Shown piece after piece: positions 30,587 to 42,200 of a stretch of 64,000 nt of DNA; position 1 is the first letter of the stretch; each line of letters opens with the position of its first letter. This DNA comes from Piromyces finnis finn. Its lineage: Eukaryota > Fungi > Neocallimastigomycota. The stretch lies in assembly GCA_002104945.1 (NCBI GenBank), contig MCFH01000018.1:310001-374000 (forward strand). The letters run 5' to 3'. The notes beneath the pieces are model-generated. The model was not told the DNA's origin. It did not search any database and saw only the letters and a list, made by a program, of their open reading frames with translations. The translations under genes were made by a program, and so were the position numbers.

Positions 30587-32256
30587 AACCACATTAAACA
30601 TTTATATACAAATAATACGACAATTACATTACAAAAATATATAAAAACACAAAAATATTTACACTACGACATTTAACAAAATTTCACTTCATTTTTTTTA
30701 TTTCTCTTTGAAAAAAAAATTTTATTAATAAAAATTTTCAAATTTTTCATCATTTTTTTTATAAACCTTATTTTATATTATTTTTATCATATATATATAT
30801 ATATAGAAAAAAAAATTTAAATTTTTAAATATTTAGTATAAAAATATCAAAAACTTATATATTTATTATTATTTATGAATATTTTTATCAGCTACCACTA
30901 AGTCGTATCTTAGGGGAGGAAATCTTGATAAATAATAATTATAAATATATTATAAATTTGATATTAGTAGAAAATTTTATTATAAAATAATTATTAAATA
31001 ATTTTATATAGTTTATTATAAAAATATAATTTACATAAAATCAAATATTTTATAAATTTATATATTTGATTGGGTTAAATTATAAAAATAATTTTTAATA
31101 TAAAGAATAATAATATTTTTTAGTAGAAAATAAGAAGACTTAGATTACTAATAATAAGTTAAATTTTAATAATAGTTAATATAATTAATTAGTGAATACA
31201 TAATAATATTTAAAAGACAAAAAATAAGTTTTTATATAATAAAAATTATTGTTAAAAAGAGCGTAAGAACAATAAATAAAAGAAAATATAAAAACGAAAT
31301 TAAACTTGTCTAATTTGTAATTATTGTGTTAATAATAAATAATATTTTATAGAATAAATCTGGTGTTATTATTCTATATAAATATTATTAAAATAATAAA
31401 ACTATTAAAATTATAAAATAACTTAAAATAAATTAATAAAACTAGTAGATATTGTTAAAGCTCGTACAATAGCTGTCGAGATAAAACAATATAAGATAAC
31501 AGAAGAAGTAGTTAAAAAGTTGTAATATAACTACCAATCCGTTATCATTTCTGGTACACCACATTCAGAAAAATGCAATAAATCCATATATTTGGTAAAT
31601 GAAATAACCCTTATAATATATATGGATTTAAATATTTTTATTTAATAAATTTATATAACGATAGTAATAATAAGAATGGTAAATTAAATTAATAACTTAT
31701 AAATAATTTATTAAAGTAAAATAAACTTTTTATAATTTAATATAAGGATGATAAAAATATAATTATATAAGGAAGAGGAAGACGCGTATATATATAAAAA
31801 AAAGAAAAGAAGAGTTTTTAGTTTTTAGTTAGTTTTAGTTAGTTTATATTAGTTATATTATAAATAAAATAAAGATAAGGTGATAATAATAGAAGAATAA
31901 ATAATATTATTGTTAGATTTAGTGAAGGAATTAATAATAATATTAGTTTATTTTCTAAGATTATACCTATTTTTAAAACAAATGATAATATAAAATAATA
32001 ATAAATAATACTTATAAATAATAAAGCTTGTAATAAAAATAATAAAATAATAAACAAAATAATAAAATAATATATAATCAAAAAATATTCATCTAGAATA
32101 TAAATTTGTTATTTATAACTGTTGTAGTGTCCCAAACAATAAAGAAAAAGGTACTTATAATAAAATTCTGTACCAAGTTTTTGGTGGAGAATCCGGGCGT
32201 ACAACAAGCAAATTTATGAAAATAGATGAGTAATAGATAGAGATTATACAAAAAAA

Positions 32257-32296
<40 letters not shown>

Positions 32297-32820
32297 TTTA
32301 TAATAATAATAATAATAATAATAATAAATTAATATATATAATAATAATAATAATAAATTAATATATATAATAATAATAATAATAAATTATATATAACTAT
32401 TTGTAACGAAATATTATAATAATAAACACACACACTCTAATGTATCAAATATATGTATTTTTTTTTTAATAATGTTTATTTATTAAATTTATTATTATAA
32501 TACGACTAACTCGCTAGGTCAGTGTATTATCAAACTAAAGACGAAACAAAAAAAAACTAATTTTTATTAATTATTAATAAAAACACTAAAGAACTATTTT
32601 ATCTTTCTTATTCTCTCTTTTATACATGAAAATTATTTTTTTTTTTTTTAATACAATTTGATAAGTGAATTAATTACTTAATGATTGGTTATAAAAATAT
32701 AATTATGAAATTTTCATTAATCTAACCTTAATGATTTTCTAGTCTAACCCTTATCATTAGATATACCTCATTACAAGCTCCTCCTCTAAATTCGGATTCC
32801 AGACGAATTTATAAGCTAAT

Positions 32821-32865
<45 letters not shown>

Positions 32866-32891
32866 AGGCAGTTGACTTCATATGAGAATTA

Positions 32892-33195
32892 AAAGGTGTG
32901 GTACAATGGTCGAGTAGTTGGCAATGAACTAGAAGGTTGTGGGTTCGAAGTCGGGGTTGGTAGAGTAACTTTGATGTAAGGCGGGTTGGCGCCAAGACTA
33001 AAGTATGTCCAACAAGTACTAGAGGTTTCATAGGCAAGGTTCCAATATGGCCGTTTGATAGTACTTGTTCTTGGTACGCTTGTAAGTCCAGTAAATCCCT
33101 ATGGGAGCTTCGCCAAAACGGTATCGGTTAAGTTTATTCTAAAAATTAATATTCCCTCATTTGTGTCTAAAAATTAATGAAAATTAGTTAATTTT
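32892..33195 (+). ncRNA. Candidate tRNA-derived Pol III unit lying antisense in the 3' UTR of element C
   Basis: A-box TGGTACAATGG (32899) and B-box GGTTCGAAGTC (32942) are 43 bp apart, as in tRNA-Thr. No T4 run until 33192. 11-bp stem 33011-33021/33059-33069. Confidence 0.5.
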
Positions 33196-33204
33196 ATTAT
33201 TATT

Positions 33205-33233
<29 letters not shown>

Positions 33234-33238
<5 letters not shown>

Positions 33239-36200
33239 GGGTCTTGTTGAATTCTCTTAGCTTTGCTGGACAGTTCAGATTTTCTTCGGGTTCCCATGAG
33301 GCTTCTGAAATAGGATATCCTTTCCATTTGATCAAGTACTGAGTTTTGTTATAGCGTCTTCTTTTGTCCAGAATTTCTTCTACTTCGTATTCCTCCTCTT
33401 CGTTTATAATGACAGGTGGTGGAGGTTGAACTTTTCGGTTTGTACTTTTCCCTTCGAAGTAAGGCTCGAGAGATGATTTATGGAATACCGGATCAATCTT
33501 CATGTTACCAGGGAGTTTCAATTTGAATGAGACTTCTGATATTTGTTGTTCAATTTCATAGGGACCGAGTTTCCGAGGGGTGAATTTTTTATTTCCCTTA
33601 ACTAAATTATTATTGATTAACCATACCTTTTCTCCTGGTTTGAATGACGGGCCTGGTTGTCTATGTCTATTGGCGAAATGTTCTTGTTTCTTTTGGGCTT
33701 CCGAAAGGTTTTTCTTGAGGGTGCTGATAATTTCTTTTAATTCTTTTGTGTATTCTTCAGCTCTTGGAACTTCACTTGTTGTTGGAATTGTTGGATTAAA
33801 ATTAGGATGGAAACCATAGTTCAAGAAGAAGGGTGTTTGTTTTGCAGATTCTTGAACTGAATTATTGTAACTAAATTCAGCTAGGCTTAAGTATTCGATC
33901 CAGTTAGTGCCTTTGTAATTTGAGAAGCAGCGTAGATATTGTTCTACAACGGAGTTCACTCTCTCCGTCTGGCCATTGGATTGGTGGTGATAAGCAGAAG
34001 AGTATTTCAAATCAATCTTGAGGGTAGCAAAGAATTTCTTCCAAAACTTTGAAGTGAACTGAGAACCTTGGTCGAGAACAATGTCGGAGGGGCATCCATG
34101 AAGTTTGAAGACGTTGTTAATGAAAGCTTCGGCAGCACGTTCAGCAGTGGGAACTTTTTCAAGAGGGATAAAGTGAGCCATTTTTGTCAATCGATCAATG
34201 ACAACGAAGATACAGGTAAATCCACGAGAAGAGGGGAGGTCAGTGATAAAATCCATAGCAATGGAAGACCAGGGACGTTCACCTAAAGGAAGAGTGGATA
34301 ATAACCCGTAAGGTTTATGTCTAGAGGATTTCGAACGACAGCAGACCTCACAAGAACGGACATAGTCCTTAACATCCTGATACATTTTGGGCCACCAGTA
34401 GTTACGGGAAATCAAGGATAAAGTTTTTGAAATACCAAAATGGCCGGCAGCAGGGGAGTCATGACAAGAAGACAGAATTTCAACTCGGCAATCATTAGGA
34501 ACATAGATTTTATCTTGGAAAAGGAGGACGTTGTTACTAAGTTTGTAGTCAGAAGAACAATTATCATTGAGAAGTTGATTAGAAGTCTCAATGAAGAATT
34601 TGTCAAGTTTACAAGAGAGAGCAATTTTTTCAAGAAGAGAAGAAGGAGTGGATGAAGCAAAGCAGGAGCTGAAATTTTCGGGACGAAAGACAGAGTTATT
34701 AGAATCGGAATTGCAAGAGTGATCAAGATAGTCAGGTCTTCTTGACAAGGCATCGGTTTTCCCGTTCGAGGAGCCAGGGCGATATTCAATGACAAAATCG
34801 AATTCAGCAAGGAAAAGGGACCATCTAATTAATCTCTGAGTCATCTTCTCCGGTTTCTTCTGAAAAAGGAGGTTTCTGTGGTCTGATATAATTTTGAAAG
34901 GATGATTCGCACCTTTCAAAAAATGTCTCCACACTTCTAAGGACGCGACGATAGCCAAAAGTTCTTTATCATAGATAGGGTAGTTCTTCTCCGGGTTTGT
35001 AAGGGATCTAGAAAAGAACGCAACAGGGTGAAGAATATTGTCGGACTTGTTGACTTGAGACAATACAGCACCTATGGCGAAGTTACTTGCATCGGTTTCG
35101 ACAACGAAAGGTAGGTCAACATCAGGATATGCAAGGATAGGCTGACTAATAAAATGCTTAACCAAAGCATCAAAAGCATCTTGAGCGGTATCGTTCCAAA
35201 CGAAGGCGGTGTTCTTCTTGCAAAGTTGGTGGAGTGGGTGAGCAATCTTAGCAAAGCCAGGAATAAATCTACGATAATAGTTGGCTAAGCCTAGGAAAGA
35301 TTGTAGCTCATGGACCGATTTAGGAGTCGGCCATTCCGCAATGGCTTTCACCTTATTAGGGTCCATTCCGATACCAGAGGCAGAGATTCTATGACCAAGG
35401 AAGTCAAGACAAGGAGAGTCGAATAGACATTTTTCAAGTTTAGCGTACAGTCCGGCTTCTTCGAGTCTACGAAGGACTTCATTGACGTGTTCATGATGTT
35501 CGGCTATATTATCAGAAAAAATGATAATATCGTCAATATACGAAAAGACGAATTTACCGATAATGCCTTCAAGAACGTCGTTAATAAAATGTTGGAAGAC
35601 TGCAGGAGCGTTCTTGAGACCGAAAGGCATTACCAGATATTCGAAATGGCCAAATTGACAGGTGAAGGCGGTCTTATATTCATCGCCTTCTTTGATTCTT
35701 ACCAAGTTATAGGCGGATCGAAGATCTAGCTTCGAGAACACCTTAGCTTTTCCTAGATGATCCAACATGTCTTGGATCAATGGGAGAGGGTACGAGTTCC
35801 TAATGGTGATTTCGTTCAAGCGGCGGTAGTCGATACACATACGAAGTTCTCCACTCTTCTTCGGGACAAACAGAACGGGAGCACCAGCTGGCGATTTGGA
35901 TTTGCGGATAAACCCCTTTTTTAAATTTTCATTAATGGTTTCTTCTAATACCTTTGATTCTTTCTCAGTAAGTCGGTAGATTGGACCATAAAACAAGTTG
36001 CTATTTGGTCTCAGGTTGATCTCACAGTCGTACGGGCGATGAGGAGGGAGTTTATCAGCGAGCCTTTCCTCGAACACTTTGGAGTGTTGAGAGTAGTGAA
36101 TTGGAATTTGGGGTGACTCAACTTCAGGTTCTTCTAAACAAGTGAATACATTGAAAGGGTATTCAGGTGTATTTCCAACTGACATTTCGTCCTTCGATTG

Positions 36201-37433
36201 GTCTTCGAGTTCAGAAGTGGTAGAGCTAGCAGATTCTTTCCTTAAGCAATTTTCCTTACAGTATTCAGAATGATAGGAAACGTCCTTACTAGCAAAATTG
36301 ATTGTCGGATTGTGAAGGGCCAGCCAATCAGAGCCAAGAATACAACAGTAAGAAGGCAATTCTACGACGTAAAATTGTAACTGGCATGAGTGATTCATGT
36401 GTTCCACAGTTATAGGCCAAGTCTGGCCGATAATCTTTTGGTGACCTCCGATACCTATAATTTGTGGGCATTTTACTTTGGTAATTATAGGGATCTCATG
36501 GGCCTTAACAAAGGCGTGGTCTATCAAACAGAATTGTGAACCACTATCTAAGAGAACTTTAGTTCCGACAGATTTGTATGGAAGAACAACATCAACATCG
36601 ATAACAGTTTGAGGTAAAGAGGAGTTATCCGAAAGTCGAGTGGATTTTTCTTGTTCATTCAAAACATGGACCCCAGCATTATTAGTATGGTTTTCCTTTT
36701 TGGTTCTAATAGGGCATTCAGATAATCGGTGACCAGGTTTACCACAATATAAGCAGAGATTCTCTTTCATTCGGCGGCTACGTTCTTCACTTGAAATGGG
36801 GCCAAAATTATTTTCCTTCTTGGGCTGAGTGGATTTACTTGTAGATCTTTCTGAGGAGCGGGATTGGAAGCTTTGTTTAGAACGGAAACTTCTATTGGAT
36901 CTTCTGTTTATTTCCTCTTGGTGGCATGCCAATCTACTTCCTATACGACTGGCTATTGTTTGTAAGTTTATCAAGGTAGAAGGGCCAGGAAACATCTGAA
37001 GGATATGGGTGGCGATTCTATCGTCCAACCCATCAACAAAAGCATCCATCTTGGCTTGTTCATTCCAAGTGGATTCATCAGCATAGTAGTTAAATTCCTT
37101 GATATACTCTTGAGTATTGGATAGGCCATGTTGTTTGATCTTCTTGAGCTTTTGGTTGGCAGTATAGACCATATCCTGAAAACCAAAAGCAGCCTTCAGC
37201 TTTCCAACAAAGGCGCCATAATCCTGTAAGCAAGGATCATGGTTGTTAATCAAGGTAGCAGCCCAATTCATTGCATCCCCGTAGAGGCGACTAACGACGT
37301 AGAAGACCTTTTCTCCATCGTCCCTTCCTATTTCAGGATGGATCATAAAGATCATGTCCATTTTGGCTAAGAATCCCTTCAGGTAGCGACGGTTGCCATC
37401 AAAACCGTTCTTCAAATCAGCAGAGTTATCCAT
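33234..37433 (-). CDS. gag-pol: Element C Gag-Pol polyprotein (Gag-CCHC-PR-RT-RNaseH-IN-chromodomain), single 1399-aa ORF
   Basis: [14 protein letters not shown]; LLDSGS; YIDD; VETDASNF; HDSPAAGH...CEVC; [20 protein letters not shown]; [10 protein letters not shown]...YLIKWKGY...SWEPEENL. Confidence 0.95.
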
Positions 37434-37491
37434 AAAAAAAATTAGAAGTAAGCAAATAAACGAGGCACTGAGGTAGCGATCTTTTTCTTAG

Positions 37492-37502
37492 AGTGTTTTT
37501 AT
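37492..37502 (-). promoter_or_regulatory. Self-priming PBS of element C (11 nt), complementary to LTR positions 37678-37688
   Basis: Minus-strand ATAAAAACACT directly follows the 5' LTR. Its exact complement AGTGTTTTTAT lies in the LTR 30 nt downstream of TATAAAA. Confidence 0.8.
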
Positions 37503-38194
37503 TGTAACGAAATATTATAATAATAAACACACACACTCTAATGTATCAAATATATGTATTTTTTTTTTAATAATGTTTATTTATTAAATTTATTATTATA
37601 ATACGACTAACTCGCTAGGTCAGTGTATTATCAAACTAAAGACGAAACAAAAAAAAACTAATTTTTATTAATTATTAATAAAAACACTAAAGAACTATTT
37701 TATCTTTCTTATTCTCTCTTTTATACATGAAAATTATTTTTTTTTTTTTTAATACAATTTGATAAGTGAATTAATTACTTAATGATTGGTTATAAAAATA
37801 TAATTATGAAATTTTCATTAATCTAACCTTAATGATTTTCTAGTCTAACCCTTATCATTAGATATACCTCATTACACTATTAAATTATATTATTTTAATT
37901 ATTTAATTTGAAGAATACACATATTTCCACCAACCGCTTTGGGTAGATCGCGGCTGTTGAATGAAAAACTTCTTAGCTAAAGGCCTTCTACACCAAAGTC
38001 GATAATATAAGTAGTTCTAAGAATTAAATTTATTAAAATAAAATAGTTTATATTTATATATAAAAAATAACATAAATTTATAATTAATACGCGTGTTAAT
38101 AATAATAAAATATAAAAATATATACAATTAGAAATCACGCGATATAATAAACAGACAAACAATAATAAGAGTAATATTAGTTCATCTTTGAGAA

Positions 38195-39229
38195 ATGGAT
38201 TTAACTACTATACGTAAAGAGGTTCCCAAACTTGATAACTATGGGAAGAATGTATGGGAATGGGTAGTGGATATGAACGACTTTTTGGATCTCTATGATT
38301 TAATTGAGCCTAGACAAGTGTATAATTGGGCTATGGCCGCAGTAGAGTCTGATACCAAAGAAGTTGTAAGAAGGTTAAAAATAAGAAGAAATAATGAAGT
38401 CCATTACCCATCACTTAAAGAAATACAAATAGCCATCGAAGAAGATATGAAGATTACTGAGGGAGATAAATGGACCCTACTTAGAAACATGAATATTGCG
38501 GAAGGAGAAACTATAAAAAAGTTTAATTATAGATATCGAAACTTGTATCATAATCTAAGTAGGGAATATCAGAAATTAATAACAGTGAAGGAATATAGAG
38601 ACTCTATTAGTGCTCGTGTCTATCCGTGCTCCCAGGTAGGAATGTCTGATTGTGAGAACCTACAAGAAGCTTACAAAATTGCTGAACGAGCTGAAAATAC
38701 TGAGAGAGAAATTAAAGAGAAAAACAAGGAACAAGTTAACCAAAGGAGAGGAACAAGGAATGTTACTTTAGCTGCCCAAAGTGATAATGTTCTATTAAAT
38801 CATCCGATTTATACTGGACTTATGAATGATAATAAAGAGGATTCGCATAATTCATATTACGACAGGAAGAATATTAACCAGAACTTTAGATATCCATATT
38901 TCAATAGAACTAGGACTAGCTACCGCAGAGTTTATGGAGGACAGTCTAATTGGAGCAACACCAATGGTTATGTAAATCAACAGAATGATAATAATAGTAG
39001 AATGGGTTTAATCCCTTATCAAGGCATGAATAAATCTTATTCTACAACAAGAAATGCGGAAAAAAGGGTATCCCTGATAGAACCAACCAATGCTATTCCA
39101 AGGGAGATTGATGAAAGAAATTCCGATATAAAATGTTTCAGATGTGGACAAAATGGACACAAACGTATAGAATGTCCATATACTTTTAAACAACTTGCCG
39201 AAATGGAAGAAAAGGGGCTTTTAAACTAA
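38195..39229 (+). CDS. gag: Element B Gag with CCHC zinc knuckle
   Basis: CFRCGQNGHKRIEC; ends at the TTTAAAC slippery site. Confidence 0.9.
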   Translation: MDLTTIRKEVPKLDNYGKNVWEWVVDMNDFLDLYDLIEPRQVYNWAMAAVESDTKEVVRRLKIRRNNEVHYPSLKEIQIAIEEDMKITEGDKWTLLRNMNIAEGETIKKFNYRYRNLYHNLSREYQKLITVKEYRDSISARVYPCSQVGMSDCENLQEAYKIAERAENTEREIKEKNKEQVNQRRGTRNVTLAAQSDNVLLNHPIYTGLMNDNKEDSHNSYYDRKNINQNFRYPYFNRTRTSYRRVYGGQSNWSNTNGYVNQQNDNNSRMGLIPYQGMNKSYSTTRNAEKRVSLIEPTNAIPREIDERNSDIKCFRCGQNGHKRIECPYTFKQLAEMEEKGLLN

Positions 39230-42200
39230 ACTCTGGGAGAAGGACAACTCCCAGTAAACAAACCAATCTATCGGTGGTACAACCAACGGTAGATAAAACC
39301 ATAATTAATACTAATACCTCAAATAATAATTACCGAGAGCCTTCGTCTATAACCTTGGTTGCAACGAAGAAATCAAAAGACACAAATAGCAAAGCTAAAA
39401 ATGCGCACAAGGAAACAACCAGCCAAATAAAGAGAATGCATGAGAATAAACTACAGCGAAATCCTATGCCTATTAAAACTGCTGCTATGAAGTATAATGA
39501 GCAATTAGATAAGAGAAGGAATTATATAAATAATAATGATAAGGAGATGAACTTGGACACTTCTGAAATTATAACAATAGATTCTGATGGAAAATCAACC
39601 AAAGATGAAAATAAGTTAATAGAAACCATAGGAAAAGAAGAAATGGAAGAGGAGTTGGATGATATAAATGAAGAATTGGGCAAGAATGATAAGAGCAAAG
39701 CAACAACTCCTAAGGAAAATAGAAAATTAAACAAAGTAGAGAAGTTAGAACACTTGGATGTATCCTATCTAAATGATAAAAGAATAGAGAATGTAAAGAA
39801 GAAAAATCGGGAAGAAAGAAATGCTGAAATGAAGAAACAAGAAAGGAAGGAAATAGATAAAATAAACCCTAACCCACCGCAAGAACAAATTTTAAATATT
39901 GAAAAACACATACGTCTAATGGATGGTTTTGAAGAGTTCAAGGTAGATGATTTAGTTAAAGAAGTAGCTTCAACAGAAGTGGTAACAAAACTTGTGAATT
40001 TATTAGACCTGTTCCCAAAATTCCGCACAGCATTTGCCCAGAAGTTGAAATTAACACCAAAATTCAAAAATGCAGTAACAAATGCTGTCACCTTGCTTGG
40101 AGAACATAAAGTTGTCAAAGTCCGCGGGAAGGTAGAAGATGTGGAGGCTGAAATATTCTTAGATTCATGTGCCAGCGTTAATATGATAACAAAGTCAGCA
40201 CTCCGCAAATTTAGGATTCACAAGCAGCCAGTAGGAAATATTACAGAGACAATATTTCAGGCATATTCCAATACTTCATCGAATACGGATATATATAAAC
40301 TAAAAATCACAATTGGCGAGAAGACTTTCACAGAGATATTTAGGGTTATCGAAAAAGATGATATCTTTGATATATTAATTGGAATCGATTCCCTTAAAAG
40401 GAATAGGTTTAGTTTAAATTTTGTGGATGATAATTTATATTACATTGATAAAAACAATTCTCCCATGAAAATTGCAGACCTCCATTATGATGTAAATCTC
40501 CAGGAATCTAAAGGGGAGGATTCAGAGGAGGAAACTATAGAAGAAACACCAATGTTAATAACAGTAGCGATGTCTACCCAGAATGAAGGAAAAGAAGGAA
40601 CGTTAGAAACAAAAGAAAATATTATTAATAATATTGTGAATAAAATTCCGAAAGATATTAGAGATGTAGTAAGAAAGCTATTTGATAAATTTAATCATGT
40701 TATCGCTGTTAAAACTGACGATCTGAGTAGAACAAAATTACTACCTCATCGTATCAGGTTGAAGCCAAACTCGTTTCCTTTTAAACAACGAGCATATAGG
40801 CTATCAAAAGTGCAAGCAGATGCATTGAAAGAGGAGTTAACCAAGCTGATTAAGAATAAATTAATTGAACCATCCCATTCATCGTGGTCGTCGCCTGTAG
40901 TCTTAGTGCCTAAGAAAAATGGAAAATACCGAATGTGTGTGGATTATCGACGCTTAAATGAATGTACAATAAAGGATTCCTACGCTCTACCACTAATTGA
41001 TGACATACTGTGCTACGTAGGTAAGAAAGCTGTTTTGACTACTATGGATTTGTTTTCGGGTTACCACCAAGTTCCGATGTATCCTGAGGATGAAGATCTT
41101 ACATGTTTTACCACTATATATGGAAACTATAATTTCAAGGTAATGCCTTTCGGGTTATGTAATGCCCCAGCTACCTTCCAGAGAGAAATGAACAGGATTT
41201 TCTTCGACCTTATTGGGAAGTGTGTCTTTATTTATATTGATGATTTGATAGTCTTTTCCAATACAATGGAAGAACATATTAGAGATTTATCAAAGGTTTT
41301 TAAAATACTCAGGGAAAATGGTTTAAGAATCAACATTGAGAAGTGTCACTTCTTTCAAGAAGAAGTAGAATTGCTAGGCCATGTATTATCTAAAGAAGGA
41401 ATTAAACCAATTCCGGGGAAAACGCAGGTAATCATGAACTGGCTACCACCGAAAAATGTTTCTCAATTGCGTTCGTTTTTAGGGGCTGTAAGTTACTACC
41501 GAAAATTTATTGATAAATTTGCACAATATGCTAAACCATTATTTAAGTTATTAAAGAAAGACGAAGAGTTCAAATGGAGTCCAGAGGCGAATAATTCATT
41601 TGAAATCTTAAAATTAAGACTAATAGAAGCTCCGATATTAATGCCACCGGATTTTGATAAACCATTCAAGATTAGAACAGATGCATCACGTAATGGGATA
41701 GGTGGAGTGATTTTACAAATAGATGAAGATGGAATGGAGAAACCACTACACTTTGTAAGTAGGACACTGAATAAATCAGAAGAAAACTATAGTGTAACAG
41801 ATTTAGAAGGGACAGCTGCATATTATTGTTCTAGGAAATTCAAGCATTATATAGTAGGAAATACGTTGGAAACTGAATTAATCACCGACCATAAACCGCT
41901 AGTTGGATTGATTAATAATAGCGAACCAACCAATAATCGACATCTTAAATGGGTCACTACGTTTAGTATATTAAAAATCAAAGTGTTGTACGAAGAAGGA
42001 AAGAAGAATGTAATAGCTGACGCTCTATCAAGATTGACCAGTAAGGAAGAAAGTCAGTTAGCACCAAGACCAAGTCATAACAAACAAACAATCAACGTGA
42101 TCGTGGAGAACAATAGTAATACTACTACTAATAATAAAATAAGTGAGAATAATAATCAATATAAAAATATAAATGATTTTATTAATAGGAAACTTATAAC

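Larger units (their letters stand above)
27025..31547 (+). mobile_element. Element A: non-autonomous Ty3/gypsy LTR element (gag + protease, no RT/RNaseH/IN); LTRs 27025-27643 and 30926-31547; TSD TTTC
   Basis: ~620-bp TGATAA...TTATCA LTRs differ by at least a 3-bp indel. PBS TGGTGGAGAA at 27646; PPT AGGGGAGGAAA just before 30926; TTTC at 27021-27024 and 31548-31551. Confidence 0.9.
32402..37876 (-). mobile_element. Element C: chromovirus (Tf1/sushi-type Ty3/gypsy), antisense inside the 5' leader of B; LTRs 37503-37876 (5') and 32402-32775 (3'); TSD CTATT
   Basis: 374-bp TG...CA LTRs appear identical. 5-bp CTATT at 32397-32401 and 37877-37881. PPT AGAGGAGGAG (minus strand) abuts the 3' LTR. 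Single gag-pol ORF with chromodomain. Confidence 0.95.

Noticed and set aside
31839-32081. Identical 80-aa hydrophobic ORF here and at 43655-43897
   Set aside because: It lies antisense within both copies of LTR B, so the identity reflects LTR duplication. Composition is what AT-rich DNA yields by chance.
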